From: Octopus sinensis
Lineage: Eukaryota
DNA length: 64,000 nucleotides
Direction of reading: 5' to 3'
Assembly (NCBI RefSeq): GCF_006345805.1
Contig: NC_042998.1
Location: 97,650,001-97,714,000, forward strand
Shown here: positions 11,490 through 26,400 of the stretch, piece after piece
Layout of the letters: each line of letters begins with the position of its first letter
Numbering within the stretch: position 1 is the first letter of the stretch
Program-made: the position numbers and the translations under genes
Notes under the pieces: model-generated
What the model saw: the letters and a program-made list of their open reading frames with translations, nothing else
Told to the model about the DNA's origin: nothing
Database searches by the model: none

Positions 11490-14400
11490 CATACATACAT
11501 ATATACGACAGGCTTCTATCAGTTTTCGTCTACCAAATCCACTCACAAGGCATTGGTCGGCCCAGGGCTATAGCAGAAGACACTTGCCCAAGATGCCACG
11601 CAGTGGGACTGAACCCAGAAACATGTGGTTGGTTAGCAAGCTACTTACCACACAGCCACTCCTGCGCCTATGTTTTTTTTTTTCAAAACTTGTGTATTTT
11701 GTTTGAAGGTGTTTAATCATTAGATCTAGTCCAAAATTTGCTGTTTAAAACATCCAACCGCATGTATCAAATGGATCTCCACATTTATATTCGTAACATA
11801 TGTTTATCTGAACTGTAATGTTCATATTTTTTAATGTCTTTTCCTTATCTTTCCTTACACTACTAGGATCAGTGTACTAAAATTGCAGCTACTTATCCAC
11901 TCTTAAACAACATCTCCCCGAGAAATTTTGCTGTAAGATAATCCTGGTACAGCTGCTAGTTTACAGGTATTTCCACTACAGTAGGTAATTTTTTATTTCA
12001 GCTTTTTATGTCCTATTAGATATGCCATGGTGTGAAGTCTCTCTACAATCTAAAAGGAGAATCTAGATTGCATATTATAAGTGAGTAATATATTATTTTA
12101 TGTAAAGAAATAATACCTGCATCAAAAGTAATTTCAGTAGTTTCTGGTAAAAAATAATGTTTATTCATTTGTATGAATGTAACAACTGAACACGTCAATA
12201 TGGTTGCTAGAATTATCAGCCTAGCACTCTAAAAATCCTCAGGAATTAAGAGACATTAAAACTTTAATGTTTTTTAATAATTTTTTCGCTTTCAAAACCT
12301 AATTCCTGTAAATTATAAAGAGCGCGCAATGTTCACTAGTATAAAAGTTACCTCCCCTGATATACCAACAAATCATTTTACAACTATCCATCATTATTAT
12401 CGTTTAACGTCCGCTTTCCATGCTGAAATGGGTTGGAGGGGGAGCTATCCAGACTTCAATTGTCTGTGGTGGCAAGTTCTATAACACACTTAAAACAGAA
12501 AACAATGAAAAACGTGAAAGAATGGTTACTTACCAACAGCAACAAGATTTTTATTGAGTATTGCAAGTCCAAAACTGCATCGTGCTGTACTCATTTGTGC
12601 AAGGAGAGTAAGGGAGACGTTTCGTTCAATAGATCCAGGTCTACTAACATCAGTGGAAGGAACATTGGTAGGCGACTCTGGGTCAGATACTGTACTACTT
12701 GGACTATGAGGTGGACATGGTCTTAAATGGAGGGTGACAATGGACAAAGAACCATTCATTATAGTTATTCCAACTGAGGTACGCTCTGCAAATAAAAGAT
12801 AAATGAAAAAAATTAAGCTAAGCAACTTCAAAAATGTAGTGTATGTTGTAGAAAACAATGAAGACTGGATGGATATTATTACACAATGTAACTGCTTTAT
12901 ACAGCATGATGTTATAAACTGTTAGTACATGAAGAAACAATTATATTAAAATGATTGAATAGTACAGTAGTGGCACAGTTTGAAACTACAAGAATTGTCA
13001 TAGGGCTTCATTTCATGCCAATAAGTTGTAATTACAGCTTTAAAGATATTTAACTCTTGCAAAAGACTGAGTCACAGGAATTTGATGAAAAATGACTATA
13101 TAATAATTTGCATCATTAATTCATCTAGAAAGTCATGAGCATTACTCATATTGACCAATGAGAAGTTTTACAACTGCTGTTCTAACTCAACTCTGGCTGT
13201 CACATCTTTTATTCCAACAGGGTGAGCTACAATACAAAGGTGCCAATAGCTGTAAGAGCACAAGACCTCTTATTACATAAGTGAAATTTGGTGGTTCTCA
13301 AAAATTCAAAAGTAATAGGTGAAATTTATTCAAAACAGATTTTTTTAGGGTTTCATTTACCTTGCAAGTAAATTGCCTACTTGAACTTCCTGTCTATCTG
13401 TTAGGCATTATTTCAGTATGCAACCATTTCTCCCCTTGCTTTAAAATTAAAGCACTGACTTGATTTTTGTTGTTTCATTAACATATTCCTTGACCCAACA
13501 TTCCTTATGAATTCCTCTGAAACCAAGTGTCCCAATTGGCAATTCAGCCTTTCTTTAACTACTCACTAACTACTATTCTTCTGCACATTCCAATGATGCA
13601 CTTGATCTTTTTCTTTTTTTTTTCAATATATTGAACTATTTGTACTTCTTTAAATATTGACTTTCAGACAATAGTAAATCAATTCTTACATTTTTGACCC
13701 CTTCATGCAGGACCTTTTTTTCTATCATGATCTACCTGTAAAGATGTTTTGCATCGATTACTATACTATACTACATAGGAAGATCAGCTATCTTTGTTTT
13801 TCAGTTTGAAATTATGCAATTAATCATGACATTTCTTCTATGTTCTACAAAGATGTTAGGAAGACAGTTTCAATAAAGAAATGGAATTGGATCACTGCAT
13901 AATAATCAACCATAAAATGGGGGGGGGGGGTTTTTTTTAAATAACAGCAAACTATATTAATTTCCTTGATTTTGTATTAATGAAATAAAATAGACTTTTG
14001 TAACAGATGCACTCCAGCATCTGGCATACAGGCATAGTGTCTCCACAGTGTTTTCTACTGCTACAATAACAGCCTGTTTTGTACAGCTGACTTGTGTTGT
14101 ACCTTCTCTACTTACCTACTCACCTCTTTACCCACACACCTTATACAACCACTTCCTCCCAGAACATCAGCACTACTACTACTACTACCAAGAAACAGCA
14201 ATAAAAAAAATACTAACCTGCTGATTGGTATGATGCTAGTAAAGACCATTCATGTTCACTCTGAATCCATTCACAATCACCAGAAGCAAGTTTTCTCAAC
14301 TGATTTGGAGAAAAATTACTTGCATCCATTTTATTTTTGCAATTAGCTAACTGAAAAAGTACAAACAAAAAGTCACTAATAGAATGAGTGTTGAAAATAA

Positions 14401-17400
14401 ATATTTCTTATCTGTTTAAATAAAAATAAGTTGCTGATAAACAATATGAACAATTACTATACACATCTACAGCAAAATTGTCAATTCTTTTACTGGTGAT
14501 GGTCTCATTGAATTATAAGCCATGCTTGAAATTAAGAAATTCATCCTCAAATTTTCCACAACAATATAGAATATTAATTTGCATGCATTGACTGTGCTTA
14601 AAGATTGAATAATTCTTATAGCATTTTATCAACAGTGAAATAAGAATCTAGAATATAGAAAAAAAAAACTATCATTTCATTGCTGTTAACTGCTACTATC
14701 AAAATCATGCCAAGTCCATTAAACACTGTTACCCTGTTCCTTATGACAGCTTTTTATAGCAAAACAGAATATTGGGTGGTTGCTATCCTCATCCTTGAAG
14801 ACTCCTGTTGGACAAGACACCACTGTCACAAAATTAAATATCAACCTCAAATGTAGACACTGCAATTTTGTAAGCTACCGTACAGTCCTCCTTTATAATT
14901 GTTATTTAGTTTCAGGTCAGACTTGACTGAGCAGACATGATCAGCCTGTCTTTTGAATAACAAAGACTTAGTAGCTTTCAAAAAATACCGCAATGTGCCC
15001 TTCATTGGTATACCTATTTTACAGTTTTGATATTGGGTGTAACTAATTGCAAATGCACCAAGCAGTAAAACTTTCAATAGATGCAAAGTTTCTGAATTAT
15101 TTACACCAGGATAAAATTTAAAAAGAAATATATAACTGTTGTGGTTTACCTGCTTCTTCTTCGACAACAGTTTGTAGTCTTTTATCATATCATCTTCCTC
15201 TAAACTAGAGTCATCCAAAAATCCACAGTCTTGTAATGTTTGATTGTTGTTTAGATAAAGCATGTGTGTCTAAAGTTAATTAAAAATACAGAGAGAAAAA
15301 TTCTTGAGAAGAATTTAAATAAAAGAAGTGAACTAAATTAGATTTTAACACCATGTATTACTCAAATCCACCTAATAATGCATATTCCTCCCCATTCTGA
15401 CACATACAGCCTGAAACCAACCAATTTTGATTATATTTGTTTTCAAACAAGTAATGAACTCTCATCTGAGAAGGAAAAAGAAAAAAAAAAAAAAGATCCC
15501 TACCTCTACCATTTATTTACATTCTTTAATGTTTGCTATTAAAATCAACACACATACAGCAGACTTCTTGCAACTGTTTACAGGCAGGGCTTTTTTATTT
15601 TATTTTTATTTTGAAACTTTCATGCATACTCTGATATGTTTCTGAAGGTTGTAACTCAACTAGTGTATTTCATAATAAATAAGTTGCAAAAGTCAGGGTG
15701 AAAACATTTCTTTTATTGTGATGTTTCTCCTATGTCTATTACAATTATTACTAGCAACTGTCTTTTTTTTTTAGTGTATCTGTCTTTAATTTTTAATCAC
15801 ACATAGACAACATTATTTTTTTAGCACAATGACAATTTACAGAAAAACAGAAAAAAGAGAACTAAGTCTTTTCTACAATAATCTGATCACAATAATTATA
15901 AGTATTTGAATAACAATTCCATTTTCAAGTATTTTCTGCATTATCATTACAAAACTGAGGTAAATTTATATAAAGACGCTAAGAGTTAAAATTATTTAAA
16001 AAAATTTTAGCTACTAAATGAATGCTACAGAGAAATTAGAAAAAATTAAAAATTTCAACAAACCTGTTCAGTGAGATAATTGAAAGAGCCTCTAGCTTGA
16101 GCAAGCATATTTTTAGCCCAATTGAATACCAGATGAAATATATGAGCATCAATTTTGTTACCAAGAATAGTTTCATCAGCACCTAATTGGAAATAAAAAA
16201 AATTTTTTAATTAATTAATATATCTAAGTTTTTCTTAAAAGAATTTTTCAAATTAAATTTTAAATATAAATTAATTTCAGTAATATTATCTGTCTTTCTC
16301 CTAGTTGGAACAAATTTACAAATTATGAAATATTAATGTCTTTTTAGAACTGAAAACGGATTCAAAATCTCATTAAACTAGAATGACAGATTTTAATTGC
16401 TCTTCACTGTCAGGACATTATGTCAGGAATGCCAATATTTTACGAAAAACATTATTTTGATGGGTTAAAAACCTGAGAAAAATAGTTATGATATACTATG
16501 CATTAATGTTATCTTCATGTAGAGATATAATGTTGGAGATATTTAGTTTTTCACCCAATTTGGTTTGTTATAGGTTAGTCAAAAAAAAAGTAATTACATA
16601 ACCTTTCTGCAAGTCTGCAATGATTAATGAAGGAGAGGGAGATAAACAAAGAAACTATAACACTTGGATTACTGCAGTAGGAAGCAGTTGTTTGCAACAT
16701 GGTGGATTAAAGGCAGCCAAAAGGCCAGCAGGTGCTGTTTGAGTAACAGATACATCTGAAAAGCTTAACCAGAGTCTTTCATAAAAGTCATTTTCTCAAG
16801 GTACCAGGTGATTGCCAAGTGAACAATTTAACCAAATATGTGTGTGTATGATGGACTCTCCTATTGTTAGACAACGTAGGAGCGTTTGACAATTTCTTAC
16901 TGAACAACCACAGGTAATTTGTTTCAGTGATCAAATGTTTGTGTATTTCTATGCCAGAAATAATCCAAATTTCTAATGGCAACACTTTAAGCTAAAGTGA
17001 AACACTCAAATCACTAAGAGCTGATATAGAGTATTTAAAAGTACATCAAAAGCCATAAAATTGCACTATGGCAAATCTACCCATCACCTAACATGAAAAT
17101 ACACACGTAAATCACTGGATGATGAAGCATACATTTTTAAATGTAATACTTTTTTTTACTGATTTCAGTTAATGGATTATGGCCATGTTAAGGCACAGCC
17201 TTAAAAGTTTTTGTGTTTATAAATATTCTATTTTATCAATCTTGAAAGAAGCCAAAATGACGTAGTCCTGGTGTTAAGGGAAATAACTCAGTCTTTAAAC
17301 ACACTGTCACAAGCACAAAATAAAAATTCTAAAAGTACTATCAAAAGTACTATTTGCATCACCGGTCTGGAACTCCTATCTTGCCCAGGATATCAATCGT

Positions 17401-20400
17401 CTGGAAGCCATTCAGCGATGTGCAACCAAAAGAATACCTTCCATCAGGCATTTGCAATATTCTGAATGCCTTACTTCACTGTGCATGGACACATTGAAAC
17501 TCCAACGTCTGGCAGCTGACTTGGCAGACACCAATAAAATTATCAACCATCTTACAAACAATAACTCTGAGCACCTTTTCAAACTACCACCCGTCTAACA
17601 CCCGTGGACATATTTACAAAGTCAGAAAACAGCACAGCTCCCATGACTTTAGGAAACATTTTTTCACGCTGAGAGTTGCTGAAGCATGGAACAAACTGCC
17701 GGCATCGGTTGTTAGTTGTCGGAGCACTGCATCCTTCAAAACTTCCATGCTTTCTGAGATTCGCCAACACGAAACCTGATTTTCTCCCCTCCATACACAC
17801 ACAAACATGTATCTGACTCATACATTGTTCACTTTCCAGACATTTGTACATTATTGCATACACTTTATACGCACTTTCTGACAAGTTGTGGTGCACCTGA
17901 GCACTGTATACAATAATTTCATTATTATTATTATAATTATTTTTTCAAGCTCTCTCAGTAAATGGTCCAATAAATATGCTACTTTATTAAAGATTTATAT
18001 TGTTTTCTTGAAATTTTTAGAAACAGTAATACATTTTATCAGATTGTAAAGAATACAAAATACAGCAGATCTTTACTGCTCATATTGGTCTAATTTTTTT
18101 TTTTCTTCTTTTCATCAAAAACTACTTACCCACTATTTCTATGAGGATGCGAGGTAAAACAGACAGCTTATTACTGTTTATTACATCAGCAACATGTTTC
18201 TGTATATAAGCATCTATTTGTGTCTTTAACTGATCATTATCACCTGCACACCATCTGATTTCTGCAACAAAAAAACAATAAAAATGTGATACGGAAAAGA
18301 GATTTGGCATAAATAACATCTACATCAACCTGTATGTATATATAAATATGCATGTGATCAAGTATATGTACACGTGTATATGAACCATGTACATATAAAT
18401 TTACACACATGTTTATAAGCACATACACACACACACACATACATACATACATGCTTAACATACACATCTACACTCCCTAACACATGCTCACAAACCAACA
18501 ACATATGACTGTCTTTTCAGCTTATCTCAGAATAACTACTTTTAATAGAAAGTATTAAATGGGAAGTAGAACTGTTAGTAAGTGATGTGTGTTGTGTACA
18601 GAAAAATGACACTACAAAAGGTGCATAAGCTAGATTTATTACAAGAAAGTAAAATTATGGTAATTTTCTCTAGATAGTAATAATTCTAATACTGGAGGAA
18701 GCAGTTAAAAACTTAGAAACAAAGTGGACACTAATATAATGAAGTGAACCAAAAATCCTAATATAACACCTAGTGAGAACCAACCATTATCTTAAATTCT
18801 GGACAAGAAAAGCAAGGAAGACAAGTCAAAATTTAAATTTATTAAAAATAGAATGCAGTGGGGAATGAGCTTGCCCTTTGGTGGTAAAGTGACAACTTGT
18901 GACATAATCCTCCTCACAGTCTAAACAGTAAGGTAAATCTTAAGTATATAGGACTTTTGTGAACACTGAATGACCTAACTTAAAAGAATGAGTGGAAAAA
19001 ATACCTAGGGGTGTTCACTGTACAATGAAAATGAAATTAGACAAGGCCCTAACTGATAACTAGGCCATTAAACAATCAAATTTATTGGTGTGATCAGACA
19101 ATATGACTATAAAATGAAGAACAAGGCTCCTGAATTTTTATCAAGCAAATGGATTATCAATAGCTTCAGATTTATTAAACCAGTAAGCCACATCAAAGTG
19201 GAATTAAAACTAACTAATCTTAAATCTGTTTTTCAAACTAAGTTTATAACAAAATTTAACCAGCAAGAACATTTTATAAAGATTAATGCTAAGTTTAGAC
19301 TATCAATCACGAAAACAGCAACAGAAGTTTGGAAGCTAAAAGATGCATCGATTAAGAGTGGGTGACGACAGAAACGTCCACACTAACTGCTACTTAACTA
19401 TAGTTGAGGGCTGGTCAAATAGTAATATAGTGGAATATAAATGCTAAAAGATAAGCAATAGAGAATGAAAAAGAAAACAAAAAAAAACCAGAAAAACTAT
19501 ACCACCACAAATTGTCACAAGCTTTTTTTTTCTTTTTTCCATGTTCCACAGTGAGAGGATGAGTGGTGGAGTGTTATTTTTTTTTTTATTCTGTGAAATA
19601 GTATTATCAACAAAGGGACAGTGAGGAAGCATGTCCAAACTAATTTTAGCACATCTTTCAACGAAAAGAAAGATATGAAAGAGTCAGTCTTAGATTACTG
19701 AAAATGTACAAAGGGCTATAATGAAGTTAGTGTAGGAAAAGTTGAATACAAGATAATACAAGTTAAATGTCAGGATGTGGAACCACATGCTATATAGTCC
19801 TGGTGAGATAACCGCAAGAAAATTTTTTTTAAATCTTGGCAAAGAACAAACATTTGTATTGAGGCGACAAACATATCTCTGCTTGCCTCAGTTTGTGTGA
19901 CTGACAATTCTACATCAAGATCATTTAAAAGGAAAGAAAGACATCTAGTTGTAAAAACAATTCCTTCAGCAAGATTAAAAATCTATATATTTGCAGAAAA
20001 TCCTACTCATGCTAAAGAGACAAATGTAAACAATAATGGAATAGAACAGTATTTGAAATAACTTCCTAATATAATCAATTGCATTTCCATTTTGTGGAAG
20101 TTTTTTCCTTTTCTCATTAATCTTTTAGACAATTCTTGATCATAGAACCAGTCACAAATTGTTTCCCAATACAATTTGAAACCTCTTACTTAGAACACCT
20201 GTATTTTTAAGGCTACTGATGTAGCTGCACCATCACAACAACAAATACAGAAGACATGGAACTCAAGAGATATCATGCGACAAGTTTCATCAAATCGAGT
20301 CAAACCAGTGTTCACATTCATGTTTGATACTCACTTATTCTCATGATAGACTTCACTAAAATGCATTTATGGTGAATATGTGAAGCCAATCAGACAAGCT

Positions 20401-23400
20401 ACTGCAAATCTTTCTGAAAGTGTCCTTCACATCATCTTACAAGTAGTCTCATTTCATGAAACTATCATAATTGGGCATGGTTTCCAGATGTACATAACAT
20501 CAGATTGTCATCAATTTTTTCACTCACAGTCCTCCCAACTATGAGAATATCCATGCATTTGCCTCAAATGAACCAATTCTATAGAGATACATCTTCATGG
20601 TCATAGTTATAAGTCCTAGACTAACTGACTTTATAACTTATATTTATTCAGATATCAATAGTTATGATTAAAGACTCCACACATTTCCATTTAATTTCAT
20701 TTGACTTTCATTATACTGCTCCAAGAGCTATAAAACTTCTTGACAAGCCTAGCCTTCATACACTCCTAGCATATAATCTCAAGACTGTTTACTTTCATAC
20801 ACTCCTACAACTAAAGGACAATTTTCCTTAAAACTACTTATCTCAATGGAACTGACTAATTGGCAATGCTATTATTAAACTTATGGATGTATCTTATATA
20901 TTGCTCAGAGAGACAGAGTTAAAACATGATGTTGCAAATGAGCAAAAGAGACACTAAAATTTTCAAGTGTTCACACCTAAAATGCAATTTTGTGTGCATG
21001 TATCAGAGAGCAAGAAGGAAGGAGAGAGAGAGAGAGGTTATTAAATAGCAATGTCAGAATATTTTGGATATATATATATAAACCAACCTATGAATGTATG
21101 CACCCAACATGTACATCATATATAAGCAGATACAACAAAACTATTACGTACGTACGTACACACACACACATACATATATATATATAAACCTTTAAATATA
21201 GACATACAAGCACATAAAATACCTATAACTGATACATACACATGAATGTACTCATACATGCACACATTACATATTCCCACACATACATGCCTACATTTAA
21301 CACCAACAGATATAAACATGTGCACACACACACACACACACAAATATATAGAAAGTGGGTCATTCAAAAGTAATAATTGTAAAACTAGATAGTAATTGTT
21401 ACTTGAAATACTATGAAAACAAAAACTGCTAATTATTACATTATTTTTGCTTCCATTGATTTAAAAGAAACTAAAATGAAAGGCCTAGATACATATGATG
21501 CACATTCACTATCATAACTAACAATTGATACAGTGATGCCTTAATCTCAGAATAGAAATAAGAAAAAGAACCATCAATGTTGGCAACATAGAAATTGATA
21601 CTAGCCACAACTACAGTATTGTAGTGAAAGAACTATTTGGTAGGTGTTTGACTAAATAAATGTGATTAAAAAGAAAATAGAAATTTTTAACTTAGCTTAA
21701 ACAATTCACAGTATGTGATAGATAAGTAAAACTACATTAATGATATACAGATATTTGCCAATTATTAGGTGTGTGTGTGAGTGTGTGTAGATATATAGAT
21801 GTAGATATTTTTAGCACAGTACTGACTATAAATAAATTCAACAGCAGTAGTTATAAAAATTTGTTTTGGACAAGTATTTTTAACCTTATCCTAAAGTCTT
21901 ATGATGCAATGAAGGAGTGAAAAAAACAAAGTCTTTTACAGCAATTAATAAATTAAATACTGACAAATACAGAATTAACAGGAATGATATGGAAAATTGT
22001 TTCAAAAAGTAATTTAGCAACGAAAAGTAACACAGAATAGTAACAGCAAGAAAGGTATATTAATAATATTATGTATACAAGAATCTTGAATAAAGCGTTA
22101 AAAACTTATTCCATAGTGTTGTCACCAAGACAAATATATTTACATATAGTGTGACAGGAATATTATTCTCATGCACTTTTCAATAAGAAATCATTTAAGA
22201 AAGTCAAGATACATTTGAAAGAAAACTATTGAATAAATCATTATTTCTAAGCAATAAAATCTAGTGTCTGTCCAAAAGAGGAAATTAGGAAAATTCCAGT
22301 CTATTATATATTAAGTACAAGGAATTTTAGAATATTAACATAGCAAATTTGTGAAATAGGTAAGTATTTTTTTCCAGCTATAATATTAAGAATAAGCTAT
22401 TTTCAAAATAAAAATATAACTTACAAGCTGAATCTATTTAAAAATCAATAATTTATTTCCTTTACAACATAAAGGATCAATTACCAAAGTTATCACTATA
22501 CATCTAAGTTTCTAGCCTTCCTGAAGACATTTTTAATTGAAGTATTATAAATTATCAGAATTTCACAATACAATTTACTAGCTAATCACACAAACCAATA
22601 TTTAATCTTAACTTTAATACAAAATAATCAAAACAGTATATTATAAATATATAGATCATATAGATTTCAGAATACTGATCAATTATAGTTAAAAAAAAAA
22701 TTTACTGAGGGAAAGAAAAAAGTAAATGAGAGGGTGAGAGTGAAAAAGGAAAGTGGATGAGAGAGAGAGGGAAAGAGAAGAGGAAAAGAAAGAGAAAAAG
22801 AGAGTGATAGAGAAAGAGGGAGGGAGAAAAGTTCCTCAACTGCAGAGAATGCTGCAGTTAAGACAGTAACTACTGACAAACCAAGAGAATGTGTCCCAAG
22901 AATGATAAATACCAAGACAATTTGAAGGGGAGAGGTTAGCCACCAGGAAATCAGAGCAGGCCTTGGCTGCTGAAGCAATCCGGAATTGCATGGCTGCCTT
23001 GTACACTGTCTTTACCTCCGCACCTGGAAGCTGCAGTCTGCAGGAGGCATAAAGAGAGGTTGTTACCGTACATTACAGTAGTTAACTTACCTGCCTGTAG
23101 TACAGTAAAGACAGAGGAAAACAATTTATATTTACGATAACTGTATTACAGTCTGCAGTGATGGTCATCACTTGAGTTTGAATTGTTAATTTTATTCAAC
23201 ATGTGGAAAGAGAGGAGAAATTTCTAAGGGAAATAGTGGGAACTAAATATTTAACCCTTTAGCATTCAGAATGCACCAAATGTAATGCTTATTTATTTAC
23301 ATTTTTTTGAATTAATCATGCATTATCTTGTAACTTTGTGACTTCCATGATGTATATTTTTAGAATGACACTGTAGGGTAGGCATGAGAGGCCAGATCTG

Positions 23401-26400
23401 GCTGGTATGAACATATAACAGGTAGAATACTTGGCCAGATATGGCTGGTTTAAGTGCTAAAGGGTTAAAATGCATAAATGTTTATAAATATTTACAATCC
23501 ACAAGGAATAAATGGTAAAGCTGCATAAACTATTTAGTGGAGTTCCATTATAAGTTTTTATAAATAAATATTTACATTTTAATTAAATTTGTATACAAAT
23601 TCATGTATTAATAAACATTGGAGCATTATAATATCTGGTTTAGTGAATGACCTTCAGAGCAGACTGTAAAAGCAATTTTAAGGAAAAAAAAAAAAAAATT
23701 GACGGTTGGAATATATATTTTCTTTCTTCCTTTCTGATCAATTACCAACCCAATTAAATAAATCACAAACTGATATATATGCATATTCAATATAAATAAT
23801 TTGTGAAATCAGTTTTTCTTCTTCAAAATATTAAAATTTCTGCTACAGAATAGTGTTTCACATTTACTGCAGCATATGTATAAAAAAAAAATCTTTTTTA
23901 GGTCGAATTTTAAATTATTGGTTAAGAATTTAGAAAAATATTAAACAATTCTAAGGGATTTTCTAAATATAAGTCTATCATCTATAACTACTGATTATTA
24001 AATCAAATTTCATTCATATATATATTTATATAAAATTAAGAATTGTTTTGTTTTTCTCTCTCCACACAATAATATTTAATGTCATGAAATAGTGATTGGT
24101 AATTGCCATATGAAGTAGAAACATTCATAAATGTGACATTTTAGTGCTATAATTAAAATTAAACAAACAAAAAAAGAAGAAAAAAAATCAGTATAGTAGC
24201 ATGTTCATTCCAATTGAATAAAATCAATTTCAGTGTTTAATACTAGGAAATAGCATGTTCATGTGCCAGCAAAAGAGGTTAATAAAAATAAAAATGCAAA
24301 TAAAAAAGAGAATGATAAACTAATTCTTTAAAGTTACAGAAATAGTCAGGATTTAGAAAATCAAAGATTTAAGTATAATTACTATATTAAGATAAATGCA
24401 AGTTAGTTGTCTTTATCTTTTTTTTTTTTTTTTTTCAGACATAGAACTTAATTGTTTAAACTTATGGCCAACTAAAATGGATATAACTATAGAAAAATAA
24501 AATTACATAGGAAAGTGTGAAGATATTTCCTATGTAATTTTTACTTATAAAAAAAAAAGATAAAGACAATGAATTGGGAATATATAATTGTATACTATTT
24601 TACATTAAAAATTCAACTTTATTACATAAATAAGCTCGAAAAGTAAGCATTTTCAAGAGCAGGTCCAATCATTATTTGCAACACAGATCTGTCACAAATT
24701 ACCAAATGACGAACAGTTTAGATTCCTCTCAATTTGTCTGGACAAGTCAAATGAAAATGTAATTGTTTTTCAACAGGATTCAAAACCCAAACCGTAAACC
24801 TGTATATTTACTAACAACTTTTTAGGCTCCTGCACTACCATCATACCACTATTCTGTCTAAGCAAATTTGCTTAGCTCGAACCATTTGCTTGTCTTTCTA
24901 GCCATGCCTATTTTAGGACAACTCCAAAATTTCACAGCTTATTTGAGAGGTAGCTTGGTAGCTACAGCTTCAGAGACTATGTGACTAGTACAGGAGCACT
25001 ACTGCTAGTTCAATTTCATTCAAAATTCTTTCAGCTCTAGGTTCATATACAACTTGGTATATCTGAACGCAGGGATAATCACAGAGACAAATATTACCTC
25101 TATGCATAAAAGACTGGAGTTTCAGAATAATACAATTTCATAAACTGAAACATTTTAAATAATATTCTTACCACAAAACTTTAAATCTGCTCAATATGGT
25201 GAGAAGAAAATGCATGTTTAAAATTACATTATTACTCAAAAAAATAAAGAACTTTATATTAATGAAAATTAAATCATATCTATTTCAATAAAATGAAAAT
25301 CAAAAATGACTAAGATTAGCAAACAGTTGTAGAAAAAATATTCTTGAACCTGAAAATAAATTTAAAAAAAGGCTTTACAAGAAATGTGTGTACATATTGC
25401 AGATATAGTAAAATAGATCAAGTGGACAATCAAAAATGAAAAAATATTCTTAAAAAGTAATAAAGAAATAGACAATTTAAGAAAATGCTCATAAATCTAA
25501 ATTGTAATACTAAATAAAAACATACTTCAGCATATTGGATTTTTGTTTCACTAGTGAATATATCATAAGTGAAGCTCACCCACTTTTGGAGTTCCACTTT
25601 GACATGAGAGTATCTGTTACAGAGCAAATATAAAAATTAACATCTGATAGAGATACATTATTAACATGTTAGTTTAAATTATAAATTGTATAGATATCAC
25701 AGCAAGTAACAAAAATATGTATTTTTTTAATGTGTAAAATTATGGAAAGAAATATAAGCCTTAAAATATTTTTTTTTTGTTTGAAAACTATCAAATGAAT
25801 GTTTTCATGTGTATGCTGTAATAATATGCAGATACAAAAATCAAACAATCTAGATATTGTTTTTGTACATTTCTCAAAAACTTAATTCTTTAACTAGTTA
25901 TTTAGTTAACTGATGATTTAATAATTAATTAACTATCAAATTTTGGAGATATTTAAACGAAGATATCAGCATATCTTTTTTACCTTATTTTCATTCTTCA
26001 AGCTTTAAATGAAAGTAAAAAGAATATAAAAACAGTTTCTTGTATAAAAGAAAAAAAAAGAAAGAAAAGAAAATATATGAAATTGTTAACTTACCGTCCA
26101 GTGTAGGCATAGTTAAGTAAGTGCTGGAAACTTTCATAATCAACATCAGTTAATTCATACATATTATCTGAATCTTTTGTGGTAAACAGATTGAAAAAAT
26201 AAGTGCTGACAGCAGCCATAACAGCTTTATGAGCTGAGATTTCATGCTTTCCAACCACCAGCTTTACATCACAGAACTGTCCATTTTTCTGTAACAAATT
26301 TAAAGATGACAGCAAATCTTTATGGTGATTGTTATCAACAAAAACCATCTCCTTTTCCATGCCTTCATTATCTACATCCATGATGTCAAGGGAGCCTGAA

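Noticed and set aside
14847-15149. Longer reading of exon 6 as given by the 138-aa ORF
   Set aside because: Sequence beyond the GTAAAC donor at 15149 is intronic read-through; splicing to exon 7 restores homology.
19406-19426. Mariner-like TIR gagggctggtcaaatagtaat
   Set aside because: No matching second TIR or transposase motif found by eye.
19960-20500. Possible LINE endonuclease remnant in intron 3
   Set aside because: Only faint patches of similarity; needs a profile search.
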